A stretch of DNA of 63,331 bases, counting the filler, from Thraustochytrium aureum (taxonomy: Eukaryota): assembly GCA_012862495.1 (NCBI GenBank). It is 8 parts of 5 records of this genome, joined end to end, with 100 filler letters (N's around TTAATTAATTAA, not from the genome) between each part and the next. Parts side by side here need not be neighbours in the genome. Positions count along the whole stretch, not along the records: positions 28,931 to 38,753 come from BLSG01000049.1; positions 38,854 to 52,210 come from BLSG01000050.1; 6 more parts are not named here. One strand, given 5' to 3'. The position numbers and the translations under genes were made by a program. This document shows positions 35,641 through 47,500 of this stretch, in pieces. The notes beneath the pieces were generated by a model. That model made no database searches, was not told where the DNA came from, and worked only from the letters and a program-made list of their open reading frames with translations. Position 1 is the first letter of the stretch. The number at the start of each line of letters is the position of its first letter.

Positions 35641-35762
35641 GGCGGCCACTCCATGCTTTGGGCGGCCACTCCATGCTAAGGGCGGCCACTCCATGCTTTG
35701 GGCGGCCACTCAATGCTTAGGAGGACGGCCACTCAATGCTTTGGGCGGCCACTCAATGCTTG
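35641..35762. repeat. 20-bp tandem repeat GGCGGCCACTC(C/A)ATGCT(TTG/AAG/TAG), about 6 copies
   Basis: Read directly. One unit carries a 3-bp insertion (gaggacggcc). Confidence 0.9.
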
Positions 35763-36556
35763 GCGCCCTTGATGCACGACAGGATCGTAGACACGGTCTC
35801 CGCGTGGCCCTCCAGGCCCGCGAGCTGCAAGGCGTTCAAGCCTTGCTTGTCTTGACCTGGACCTTGGGGCAGGCCTTGACAAGCACGCACGCGCACTCGG
35901 ANNNNNNNNNNNNNNNNNNNNNNNNNNNNNNNNNNNNNNNNNNNNNNNNNNNNNNNNNNNNNNNNNNNNNNNNNNNNNNNNNNNNNNNNNNNNNNNNNNN
36001 NNNNNNNNNNNNNNNNNNNNNNNNNNNNNNNNNNNNNNNNNNNNNNNNNNNNNNNNNNNNNNNNNNNNNNNNNNNNNNNNNNNNNNNNNNNNNNNNNNNN
36101 NNNNNNNNNNNNNNNNNNNNNNNNNNNNNNNNNNNNNNNNNNNNNNNNNNNNNNNNNNNNNNNNNNNNNNNNNNNNNNNNNNNNNNNNNNNNNNNNNNNN
36201 NNNNNNNNNNNNNNNNNNNNNNNNNNNNNNNNNNNNNNNNNNNNNNNNNNNNNNNNNNNNNNNNNNNNNNNNNNNNNNNNNNNNNNNNNNNNNNNNNNNN
36301 NNNNNNNNNNNNNNNNNNNNNNNNNNNNNNNNNNNNNNNNNNNNNNNNNNNNNNNNNNNNNNNNNNNNNNNNNNNNNNNNNNNNNNNNNNNNNNNNNNNN
36401 NNNNNNNNNNNNNNNNNNNNNNNNNNNNNNNNNNNNNNNNNNNNNNNNNNNNNNNNNNNNNNNNNNNNNNNNNNNNNNNNNNNNNNNNNNNNNNNNNNNN
36501 NNNNNNNNNNNNNNNNNNNNNNNNNNNNNNNNNNNNNNNNNNNNNNNNNNNNNNNC

Positions 36557-37000
36557 CGCGCTCTGCCTGGCGCTTCTTGCCCTCTCGCGTGGCGCAGATG
36601 CAGTGCGCTGTTGCGGCAGTCGTCTCCTCGCAGGGGTTCTGGATCCGCATAATCGCGCGCCGCGCGAGGCACGGGTCGACTCTGTTCAGCGTCTTCATGA
36701 CCGCGACCGCGCGCGCGTCCGGCGTGGCGTGGTCCGCCTCGGACTGCGCGAGCACTTCCGTGTACACATCCGCATTCACCAGCGCGCGCACAGTCAATAT
36801 CATCCGCTTCGCCGCCCGTTCCTTGTCGAGCGCCGACCTCTTTTGCGTGGCCGCGCTCACACTTGCCACGCCGGTCGAGGCGCAGCTGCCGCACCCGGAC
36901 TCTTCGCTGGCCGCGTCTCCCATGGGCCGATGCATGCGTGCCGAGACAAAGTTCATCAGCTCCGGAGCCCGTCAAACCTCGCCAGCCGCGACGCGTTGTT
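36557..37000 (-). pseudogene. Fragmentary helical ORF, possibly a degenerate retrotransposon gag relic
   Basis: RFDG(fs)PELMNFVSARM...AKRMILTVRALVNADVYTEVL...AVAVMKTL runs into an N gap. Resemblance to copia gag is weak and by eye only. Confidence 0.25.
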
Positions 37001-38402
37001 CAGGCACTGCGCCGGCCTCGTTCGCTCGGCGCGCGCGGGCACTTTCGCGGGTCTGAACTCGTGCACGACCTCGACCGCGCCGCGACTGCGCCGCCGCCAC
37101 GACGCCGGCCGGCTCGCTCGCAGGCCGCCCCAGGGACGCGACACGCGATGCGCAAGGACCTCGCGCTGCTCCTGCCGCCGATGCCGATGCCGGCCTGCTG
37201 GAGATGGTTTGATGCGCGAGCGACTCGGGCGGGCGGCAGGAGGGAGGATTGGCCGACTCGCGGACCCGCGGCTGGTTTCGTCGGCGTCCATGCCGCCCGC
37301 CGAGGGACGCCTCGTGCGCGCGCCTCGCGGTATCGGCGATGCTGCCCGAAACCGGTCGAAGATGGACGGCGCGTTGGAAGATGTGCCGCAGGGGATGGAG
37401 AACGTGCGCGATGCCGCGGAATGTGGTCCCCGCGGCAACCAGGAAATCCCCGCGCCAGCGCCTCCTCGCGAGAGGAGCGGAGTTCGGCTCGGTGCTGCGC
37501 GGGTTTGCCCGAGTCCTCTCAGCGCCCGCGCGTGTGCGTTTCTTTCTTCTCCTGCGGGAGGGAGCCGTTGGTGGGCTTGGTTTCGGGCGCCACGATCATC
37601 ATGATGGAGTTCAAGGCTTGAGCCTGATGTTGTTGTTGTTGTTGTTGCTGTTTGTCGTTTGAGTTGTCGATGTCGGGCGCTTGCCACGGGCCGGCGAGGA
37701 GCTGCTAGCGCCGCACGAAGTGCAGGTTGTGCTGTTTGGCGCCTGCCTGCGAGGTCGGGCAGGTTGATGGTGGGCGTCAGCGCGTTGGTGCCCGAGTTGC
37801 TGGCTTGCGTTGTGGTCGGCGAATGATGTCGGTCGTCGCTTCCTCCTCGAGCTCCGTCGTGGTCCTGCTGCCTTGGCGTCGCGCGCGCCGTAGCGAGGAG
37901 AATCAACCTGGGGACCACTACGAACGCGCCGCCATGGTGAGAAAGCTCGGACGGTGCCAGGCGCCTTGGAGGCTCGAGGTACGGAGGATTACGGACCGGT
38001 GAACTCGAGCGGAGCGTTGATGAAATCCACTTTGGCTATTCTGGGATCCAGCACGGGGTCAGGCCGTCAACGGCCGCGGTGTCTCGCCGAACTCGTGAGA
38101 GCAAACTCCAAACACTCGAAGCCAGAGTCGCAGAAAGCTTCTAAGCCCACGAGGGGCGTAATGTTGCGCTAAACAGCCCACGGTGCTCGCGATACCTGCT
38201 CAAGCTTTGCTGCGAGCCTAGCAAAGGCAAAGGACCCCGAAGGGTGTGGCCGAGAGGGCGCGCTGAAACCTACAGATGGCGCCTGGACCTGCGGCTCGTT
38301 TCTTCATCGGAATACCCAACCAAACCACGACCACGCCTCGCCAACCAAACAAGAACCACCAGCAGAAGCAACCGAGAACAACGAGAACACCAATCAGCAA
38401 AC

Positions 38403-38471
38403 CACTTTTCTTTCGAGGTCGCGTCTCCCGTCTTTTAGCGTAGAGCAACACCCCAAAAAAACACATGGAGT
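38403..38471 (+). repeat. Dispersed short repeat, copy 1
   Basis: cttttctttcgaggtcgcgtctcccgtcttttagcgtagagcaaca...cacatggagt aligns with 49985-50052, and its reverse complement aligns with 48813-48833. Confidence 0.7.
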
Positions 38472-39348
38472 CATCAACAAGAGGGGCGTCCTTACTCGAT
38501 CCGGCGCCCCCAAGGATTCGCCGCAGCAACGGCCATCTCCGCCCCGTGCCTTTGCCAGAAAACTAAGCTCGCTCATACTCGCGCAACAGCGGTTTACAAC
38601 AAATCCCATTGAATCTTCACGGTTACCAGGAAGTCCTCGATCCGGGCGACTATCACTGACGGTAGTCCACTTCTCTGACCAAAAACATGCATCATACGAC
38701 GTTTCTTTTGCACCTGGTGCTCCATCACCTCGGCCAGCGCGCCAGCCCCGTCANNNNNNNNNNNNNNNNNNNNNNNNNNNNNNNNNNNNNNNNNNNNTTA
38801 ATTAATTAANNNNNNNNNNNNNNNNNNNNNNNNNNNNNNNNNNNNNNNNNNNNCTGAGACGCCGACAAGACCACCATCTCGGGAGGGCTTTTGGGCTAAC
38901 CGCAGGAACTCGACATGTGCCCGCCCATTGCTGGCCGGGTTGGCTGAATGCTCAAACCAGGCCGCCGTGCGCGTGTAGCGGCGGAAGAAGGCAGCGATCG
39001 CCCGGCAGGCCGAGGTGTGGGCACCCCGAAAGACGCCAGCGTAGATGCATGGCAGGGCATGCCAGATGGGGCAGACCGGGGCCGGCAGCGGCAGTCCATC
39101 GCCGAGTCCACCTGCGGCAAGCCCGCAGGCGGATGGCCAGATTGCAAGCCCACAGGAAGAGGCAAAACGTCGTCATGTCGTCAACCGGAAGCGTCTCAAA
39201 GGCATACCGGACCGAGCAGGAGACGGTGCGCCTGGCGGGCGGCAGGGTGGGGCGCCCGACCAGCTGCAATCGGGGTGGAAAGAAAGGACCTTTTCTAACT
39301 CTAAAAAATGATTCCAAATTGAATGCCGCCCGCACGCGGTGCTCCTGG

Positions 39349-40392
39349 TTAGCCGCACAGGATCGAGGCGCTCTCAAAGGGGTTTTCCGGGACAGCGTTC
39401 GCAGGCGGGTTGGGGGCGAGCTCGACGTTGCCGTCATCCAGCCAGAAGACATACGTGTTGATGGACATGGTCCCAGGGAAGTCGGCGTCCTCAGGGGGGT
39501 CGTCAGCCTGCGGACCGTCCATGGACACAGCAAAGTACCCTTGAAAGCCATACTCGGTGCCGTACGAGTTTTTGGCGATCCAGTAGCTCGTGGCGTCATC
39601 CCCGGTGTAGTTGTAGCCGACGATGAGCACAGCATGGTCCACCCTGCGCTGTTGTTGGGGCCACTGCTCCTCGGTGTAAACCCCGCACTTGTACGAGTCT
39701 GCCGAGTCGCCCGGAAAGTTGATCATGACCTGGGCGGGGCCATACGTGCTGACAATCGAACGCAAGCGCGAGTTCGCAACATGCGATTCCATTTGCACCG
39801 TGACCGAGTTCCCAATGCAGGCTTCGGGAGGCGGCGTAACGGGGCAAGCCGCAGCTGGATTATCCAAAGGGCCCGAGTCGTTCAGGTTTTGCGCCGCTGT
39901 CAGGGGCATTTCGTCATACGTGGGTATCGACGAATTCGCGATGACTTGATGCATGAGCAAGACCCTGGAAATGGGAGCAGGCTCGCAAGTCTTGAGGCCG
40001 CAATCCAGCCCGAACTGCGCGGAGAGGTCGAAGAGCTCTCCCGTGTCCATGTTGCACTTTGCAGACCACATGTCGAAGCCGCTGACGGCGTAGCAGTCGT
40101 TGCAGTTCCCTTGGTTCTTGACCGGCGTGGCGAACCCACTGTCCACCCAGTTCACGTAGCCGCTGGGCTCGACATCATCGCTGCCGGCCGGGTCCACCCG
40201 GGCGTGGCGGCGGTGGTGCCTCTTCCTGTAATGCTTTCTCAGTTCCTCCTTGCTCGGCGGCACGATACCCTTCTTGTGCCGGTGGTGCTTGTGTCTGGAC
40301 TCATCCAACGCGCTCTGCACGCTCGCGCGCAGCGTGTCCGCGTTCGCGCTAGTCGCGGCGACGAACAGCAAGACCAAGGCGACCGCCCGCAT
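39349..40392 (-). CDS. Secreted papain-family (C1A) cysteine peptidase with short His/Arg/Lys-rich propeptide
   Basis: Signal peptide MRAVALVLLFVAATSANA; VNW...TPVKNQGNCNDCYA (Gln and catalytic Cys); DHAVLIVGY (His); YWIAKNSYGTEYGFQGYF (Asn). Confidence 0.85.
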   Translation of the reverse strand: MRAVALVLLFVAATSANADTLRASVQSALDESRHKHHRHKKGIVPPSKEELRKHYRKRHHRRHARVDPAGSDDVEPSGYVNWVDSGFATPVKNQGNCNDCYAVSGFDMWSAKCNMDTGELFDLSAQFGLDCGLKTCEPAPISRVLLMHQVIANSSIPTYDEMPLTAAQNLNDSGPLDNPAAACPVTPPPEACIGNSVTVQMESHVANSRLRSIVSTYGPAQVMINFPGDSADSYKCGVYTEEQWPQQQRRVDHAVLIVGYNYTGDDATSYWIAKNSYGTEYGFQGYFAVSMDGPQADDPPEDADFPGTMSINTYVFWLDDGNVELAPNPPANAVPENPFESASILCG

Positions 40393-41753
40393 CCTGTCCT
40401 TGATTCGGCCAATGCTCGTCCCTTGAATCAACCAATGCTCTCGGTGCGCAGCAGCGTTGGGGATCTGCTGCAGCTCATCATGCTCATCATGCTCATCACC
40501 GATCGGTCATCTGCCGATCACAACGAAGAGATGCTCGTCTCTTCTTCACCGGTACTTACGATGCTCTCTTCGATGCTCAGCGGGACCCGCCTGGCCGCCG
40601 TGGGCACGGAAAACCCATCCTCACAGGCTTGGTTCGGTCTTGGAACATGGGCTGCCGCCGACCTACTTGCAGTACTAGAGCACTGGCAGCTCAGGCGCGC
40701 TCGCCTGTGCCTGCCTCGTTGAGCTGGGCAGCTAGCGGCCTCCCTGCGTGGGGCACACAACCTCCACGCAGGCTGGCAGCTCCCTCCCTGCTGCGTGGGG
40801 CAGAGCATCTCCTCGTTTTGGGGTTGGGCGCCGCTTGGACAAGGAGGCGCCAGCCAAGGACGGTGCGGCTCCAGCCAACCAACAGCCGGCGCCACTGACG
40901 ACCGACTCGACCACTTGGCAGTCGACGGGGCGGCGAGCGGTGGGACGAGCGAGCTCGTTCAACTCCACTGAACAGGGCCAATCGTATAGCGGGTCAGCGC
41001 GATGTCTTCACCCGCTCTGCAGCGTCCGATCCGAATGGCCGCCGCGCCGCTCATCAGCTACTGACCCGCGAACGCTCATCTTGATCAAAAGCGGAAACGA
41101 CCGTCCCTGCCATCAATCCCTCGGTCGGTGGCCGTAGGGAAGGAAGGCGCGAGGGAAGCGCGAGCAAGCGCCCCTCCGTCGCGCTGTTGCTCCAAGACGA
41201 GCGCAAACCAAGGTCACGCCCGTTTGGTCACCGGCAGAGACCAACCAACGAGGCTCAGCCTCGCCTCGATGTGCATTCCAGAGCGCCGACAGGGTTGACA
41301 CGCGTGACGTTGTCGGAGTACCGTCGTGTGAGCAGCACAAGAGCCTCCAAGTCCAGTCCCAGTCCCGTCGCTCCGATTCAGCTTTGGATGATCGATCCCT
41401 CGCACAGGACAACGACGCACGTGCCCGAAAATGGTGTGCGCAACGCCTGTATGAACGGGACTCGTGCACGGTCACTCGCCACCGATGGGAGAGGACAACG
41501 CGGAGCCGGCGGAACGACTCGTCGGCGAACGCTTGAAATGCGAAGCGGGAGGGATGGCTGGGCCAAGCCTGTGCAAAGCGCTCAACTTTTGAACTCGTGA
41601 AATGTACTCGGGCTCGCGTGGAAAAGCGTCCCAATCGAGTGGCTTTTGACGCAGCAGATCACCGAGCGCACCAGGGGAACAGAGCACGACAGGCAGCCTG
41701 GCGGCGGCACAGCGTGGCGGCAGCAACGGAGCGAGCGAGCGAGCCGAGCGGGA

Positions 41754-43543
41754 ATGATGGCGAAGCGCCCACGAAGATCATGATCTCGTATGACTGGAAG
41801 TCTGCCGTCCACGGTCGGTCGACCAAGCTGGTTGTGGACGAGGCCGCCGCGTGGATGAAGCGCGAGAAAGGCTGGGAGGTCTGGCTCGACCGCAAGAACC
41901 TCGCGTCTNNNNNNNNNNNNNNNNNNNNNNNNNNNNNNNNNNNNNNNNNNNNNNNNNNNNNNNNNNNNNNNNNNNNNNNNNNNNNNNNNNNNNNNNNNNN
42001 NNNNNNNNNNNNNNNNNNNNNNNNNNNNNNNNNNNNNNNNNNNNNNNNNNNNNNNNNNNNNNNNNNNNNNNNNNNNNNNNNNNNNNNNNNNNNNNNNNNN
42101 NNNNNNNNNNNNNNNNNNNNNNNNNNNNNNNNNNNNNNNNNNNNNNNNNNNNNNNNNNNNNNNNNNNNNNNNNNNNNNNNNNNNNNNNNNNNNNNNNNNN
42201 NNNNNNNNNNNNNNNNNNNNNNNNNNNNGCCCCTTGCATGCACTGACGGCGGCAGACCAGGCCAAGTCCAGTGAGCTTTTCAAGCTGCCACCCGGTTTCA
42301 ACCCGCTGCTGACGGCACAGAACAAGGCCAGCGACTACGAAGAAGACACGCGCGAGGCGGTGCTCAAAGACGTCGACCGTTGGTACAAGGAGGATCTGCT
42401 CAAGAAGAAGAAAAACCGCGTCATGGTCCTTCTTGGCCCCGCCGGGTTTGGCAAGTCGGTGCTTTTGGCCAAGCTCTGCTATGAAGGGGGCCTCCTCAAC
42501 AAGCGCGAGTCCAGCCAGGCCAGAAAGCGTGCCTCGAACCGTTTCAGCTATGTCCCTTGTCGCTGGAGCGCTGGCAAGAGCATGTCGGTGTTGGTCGGCG
42601 CGGCGCACTTTTTCAAGTTTGACGACCCCATCGCCGCCAGTGTGCGCACTTGCCTGTACTCGATCGCCAATCAGCTCTCGGGCGTTGTGGATGGGCTGGA
42701 GGAAGAGCTGCAAAAGCTCGACCGCGGAGAGCTGGACAAGATAATCAGCATGAGCGACCTGTTTCAGAAGGTCGTCGTGGAGCCGTGCAAGGCAGTTCCT
42801 GCGCCCTCACTGAGCGTCGTGGTCATTTTGGACGCGCTCGACGAGGTTGCTCCGAAAGAGAAAGACGACTTGGTCAACATCATCAAAGCTGATTGGATCG
42901 AGCACGCGCCAGAGTGGCTCGGCCTCGTGGTGTCCTCGAGGCCCGAAAACTTGGAGAGAGAATTGGAGGACTTTCAGCCGCGCGTCTTCAAAGTCAACGA
43001 AGCTGAAAACAAAGCGGAGGTCAAGCGCTTCCTACGCTTAAAGCTCGAGCGGTACCTGCAGGAACCCGAGGCTGACCTTGACGATGCGCTTACGCTTCTC
43101 GAAGAGCGTGCCGATGGCCTGTTCTTGGTCGCGCGGTGTATCGGCGCGCAGCTCGCGAAACGCGAAGTCAAGTCCGTAACGTTTCAGGAATTGCAGTGAC
43201 GACACCGAAGCGTTCCCACATGGCCTCGTCGGCATGTACCGCAACAACTTTCTGCGGTTTTTGAAAGGCCCGCTCAAGGGCGACTACAAGAAGTACAAAG
43301 CGCTATTCGGCAGCATGGCCGCCGCCCGCGAGCCGCTCCCGCGTGAGGTCGTCAGGAGGCTGCTCGGCATTGAAGGCAACGCCAAGCTCAAGAGCTTCTT
43401 GCGCAAAGCCAGCATCTTCCTGGACGTGCGCGAGCACTCGGTCGCCTTCATCCACAAATCTATGAGCGACTTTCTGCTTGACGAGGACCGCGCTGGCGAA
43501 ATAAAGGCGCGCGGCACCGATTATGATGATGAGCCTTTCGCGG
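41754..43543 (+). CDS. TIR-NACHT (STAND NTPase) NLR-like protein (gaps at 41909-42228 and after 43543; frameshift ~43196; start uncertain)
   Basis: TIR start KIMISYDW...GWEVWLDRKNL. NACHT: TREAVLKDVDRW, Walker A GPAGFGKS, AAHFFK, LYSIANQL, Walker B VVILDALDEV, VSSRPE, ADGLFLVAR, then after the shift FPHGLVGMY...LAAAREPL-like...FIHKSMSDFLLDEDR. One extra C near 41769 would put ATG 41754 in frame (MMAKRPTKIMISY). Confidence 0.8.
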
Positions 43544-44552
43544 NNNNNNNNNNNNNNNNNNNNNNNNNNNNNNNNNNNNNNNNNNNNNNNNNNNNNNNNN
43601 NNNNNNNNNNNNNNNNNNNNNNNNNNNNNNNNNNNNNNNNNNNNNNNNNNNNNNNNNNNNNNNNNNNNNNNNNNNNNNNNNNNNNNNNNNNNNNNNNNNN
43701 NNNNNNNNNNNNNNNNNNNNNNNNNNNNNNNNNNNNNNNNNNNNNNNNNNNNNNNNNNNNNNNNNNNNNNNNNNNNNNNNNNNNNNNNNNNNNNNNNNNN
43801 NNNNNNNNNNNNNNNNNNNNNNNNNNNNNNNNNNNNNNNNNNNNNNNNNNNNNNNNNNNNNNNNNNNNNNNNNNNNNNNNNNNNNNNNNNNNNNNNNNNN
43901 NNNNNNNNNNNNNNNNNNNNNNNNNNNNNNNNNNNNNNNNNNNNNNNNNNNNNNNNNNNNNNNNNNNNNNNNNNNNNNNNNNNNNNNNNNNNNNNNNNNN
44001 NNNNNNNNNNNNNNNNNNNNNNNNNNNNNNNNNNNNNNNNNNNNNNNNNNNNNNNNNNNNNNNNNNNNNNNNNNNNNNNNNNNNNNNNNNNNNNNNNNNN
44101 NNNNNNNNNNNNNNNNNNNNNNNNNNNNNNNNNNNNNNNNNNNNNNNNNNNNNNNNNNNNNNNNNNNNNNNNNNNNNNNNNNNNNNNNNNNNNNNNNNNN
44201 NNNNNNNNNNNNNNNNNNNNNNNNNNNNNAGCGGTGTACTTGCGGTCAATTAGCGGTGATTGCTTTCAGGAGTACTGTGCTGGTTGCGGGTCGTTAAGGG
44301 TCCGCTGCTTAAAAAGGCTGGGCCAGCATTACTTGGCGAAGGGTGAGGCCATCTTGGCGCTTAGTAATCCTGATGCGCTGGGCGGTTCGCGGCTGCCTGG
44401 CATGATCGCGCACTGCTTGCCGTGCTTCTGTGCAGCCTCGTACGGTCGCGTGCCAGGTTTTTCTTTTAAAATCACTGCATGCAGTGGTCAATGCTCCTGA
44501 GGACGTCAACTGCAATTGCACGGGTCGAGGCCTCAAAGGCCGAACCTCATGT

Positions 44553-47500
44553 TCACGTTGTCGAGCTTGACGGCGCAGATGTCGCATTAGATCCTTTGTG
44601 CTCTGGGCACTTTTTGGAACGGAAGTGGCGGCACTCGTTGCAGCCCTCGACGTTGCACTTGATGCGTACATTGCACTGGATGCAATATCCGACGATGTAC
44701 GAATCTTTGCGACCACAGGAAGACGTCTTGCTCTTGGCGCAATCTGGACAGCCCTTGCATGAACACTTGTGACGCACACAGTAAGTTGAGCCGTCAACCG
44801 TAGAACCACCACAAACGCGCCCCTTGTCCTGGAAAGCACTGCACAGAATGGCGTGCTCAGAGCAGTATACCGATGATGCGCTCTTAAAGCAGTCTGGCAC
44901 CGCGCAGCGTCCCTTCATCGCTGGTCTTGCATACGTGCCGGACGGCGTCTTGCGAGGTCTTTTCCCCGGGGCCTGCGCGGAGGTATCTGACTGGTCTTGG
45001 CGAAGCTTAATAAACCTCTGTTGGAGGAATTTCAGAAATGCGTCCCACTTTGCCACTTCATCCCCAGTGACGCTCTGCGGGCGATGCTTGAGAGTCCAGA
45101 GTTCCACGTGTTCAAGGTCAGCGAGGACCTCTTCGAGCGACTCGCTCCCACGGTAAAGCGTGAACGCACGCTGGGCCATAGCCTGCGAACCAAATGACTT
45201 GTCTTCCTCGGCGAATAACGTAATAGCCTGCAAGCCCCGGCGGTTTTCGTCCACGGTATCTTCGAGGGCAAGCAGCTCTAACGCGACGTCATTGCCATTC
45301 TTGAGTTCGACGTCGTCATCTCGCGACGAGTAGATGGCGTCATAGACACAGCGCACGTAGGCTTTGGCGCTGGTCTTGGTGAAGTAGTGTGGATGGCCTT
45401 CTGGGTGGAGTTTCCTCAAAAAGTCTTCCGCATTCCCTTCAGTGATGACATCGCCTTGCTTGTAAACCTGTTCATCTTCCGGTGAACTGTCGTCAGCTAC
45501 CTGGTCTACCGACTCGTCGGAATCAGACCATGACGTCTCGTCAGACTCGTAGTCAGACTCGTCATTACCGTCATCGAGCCGCGTTCTAGGCCATTCCTCC
45601 TGCGCAGTGCGAGGCACTTTGCTCCAATTGCGGAGATATTCGTTTGTCGCTGTTTGGATGCGCTTTGCGAGTGTGAAGCGCGCCCCGGTGGTCGCTTCAA
45701 TCAGCCTGCCTATCTCCGGCACCGCTGTTTTGATAAGCTCTGTGCGATCACTTTCGTTCTCCGCGTCCAAGCAATTTGCCTCCTTCGCTAGCGTCTCGAG
45801 GCGCTCCGCGGCCTCTGCGCCTTTCTCAATACACTTGCTGAAGGCCACCGTGGTGTACATTATTGGACGTCTGTCCTCCCAGCCTACCTTCCCCGGAAAC
45901 GTTGCGGCTTGAAAGAGGTTGAGCTTGCGCGTCCCGTTGAGTCGGCCAGCGCCTTGCAGTAGGTCGTCGACGCTCGCAGCTTTGAACGCGTCCCAAGCCA
46001 CGATGCCATGCGTTGGCTGCAGGTTGTCTCGGAGGCTCTTGACCGACACTGACTGCCGAAGAAGCTGCTTGCCCACTGTGATCTCAACGAGCGGCGCCCA
46101 TTGCATTCTTCTGACCATGTCACTCTCGACCCCTGTGATCTCGGAGAGATCTCTGAACTGCGCGTTGGGTTCAAACATGCCCCACAGATTCGACGAACCT
46201 GAGAACGTGGAAAGATGGCGACAGTACACGATGTACATCATTTCCTTTCGAACTTGAAGTGGCAGGCCCTTGGGGAAGCGGATCCCAAACACGCCGTTCC
46301 AGGCAGGATATTGGACCAGCTTTTCATCGGCCGTGTCGGGATTCGTACAGGGCCGCATTGTCACGGGCCCCATTGTCACGGGCCTATCCGCGAGTTCTTG
46401 GAAGAACAGCGTGTACTTGTTGTACGCTCCGCTCGGGCACATGTAGACGCGGACGCTGTTGTCCGCCGCAGGGGAGCCGATCTGGCGGACAACATCGCGG
46501 AACGCACTTTGCAACGCTTTCGGGTTCGCCTGGATGTACTCGATGGCGGCTTGGTTGCAGTATACAGGCGGGTTGCGATCGTCGCCAAGCTTGGAGTGGC
46601 CGAATTCCGGGAAGCCGAGGAACCATCCTTTCTGCTGGACCTGCTTGAGCCCATCACTCCCCTTGACCTCTTTCGCGTTTTGGACGGCCGCCTCCACAAA
46701 CAGTTTAGCAAAGAAACAATGTGCAAGGTTGGCGGAGGAGCGGGCATCTTGCTCCAGGCTCTGCGCGGCGTTGAAGCCGTTGTGAAGGAGGACGCTCATG
46801 GGCCGAATCGCAGTCGCATTTGCGTCGCGCTCGATCGGGAAACTAGCAGGTTTGGTGAGAGCAGTGAGAAGATTGACGAGGCCGAAGAGATCTTCCAAGG
46901 TCGTCTTTTCTTTTGCCGTGAGCTTGATCGCTCGTTGCTCCTTTGTTGTTTGCCCCTGCGTGACCTCGTCAAGTAAGTCATCCCCAAAGACCAGTTCGCG
47001 CTTCTTCTTGGAAAGGAACACGCCGTACTTGCCACGGTGAGCCATAGGAGGCCTCCTCTCCCGCGCGATGACCCTGTACTCAAAGTCGTACACTTGGAGT
47101 TGCTCCAGCTCCGCGATGCGTTGTTGGGAGTATGTCGTTTTGAGACAGTGGAACGATGGAGCCATGGGCGTCAGCGAGACGACTGGAGCTGCAGTGTCGT
47201 AGCCCAGAGCGCTGTCCATCAGCATGGCGTGGTTGGTCGCGGTAATCTCCACCAGCGCGCTAAACGTGCTCTTGTTGCGCCTAATGTCTTCGTGAAACAC
47301 GTTTGAGCCGCCAACCAAGAGGTGTGCCTCGTCCACGACAACAAAAGGCCGCCAGCTGTCACCCATGATCCCGCGCAGCGTTTCGAGCATCTTGGTGGCA
47401 GATTCTCCGTTGCCAGCCCAAATGCTGTAGAAGACCTGGATGCCTGACCGCGGGTTCCTTCCTTCCCTCATAAGGGCGCCATGATGCGTCCCCATGCCCG

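Noticed and set aside
35641..35762. CRISPR-like array
   Set aside because: The units abut with no unique spacers, there are no cas genes, and the context is eukaryotic. The same applies to 26375-26647.
38917..40722. 601-aa plus-strand ORF and similar long antisense ORFs (24189-25730, 57727-59271, 59231-61381, 62396-63298)
   Set aside because: Shadow frames of real genes on the opposite strand in GC-rich DNA, with no motifs of their own.
46357..46385. 15-bp tandem duplication inside the helicase ORF (PVTMG-PVTMR)
   Set aside because: Real and in frame, but a minor slippage event with no evident functional meaning.
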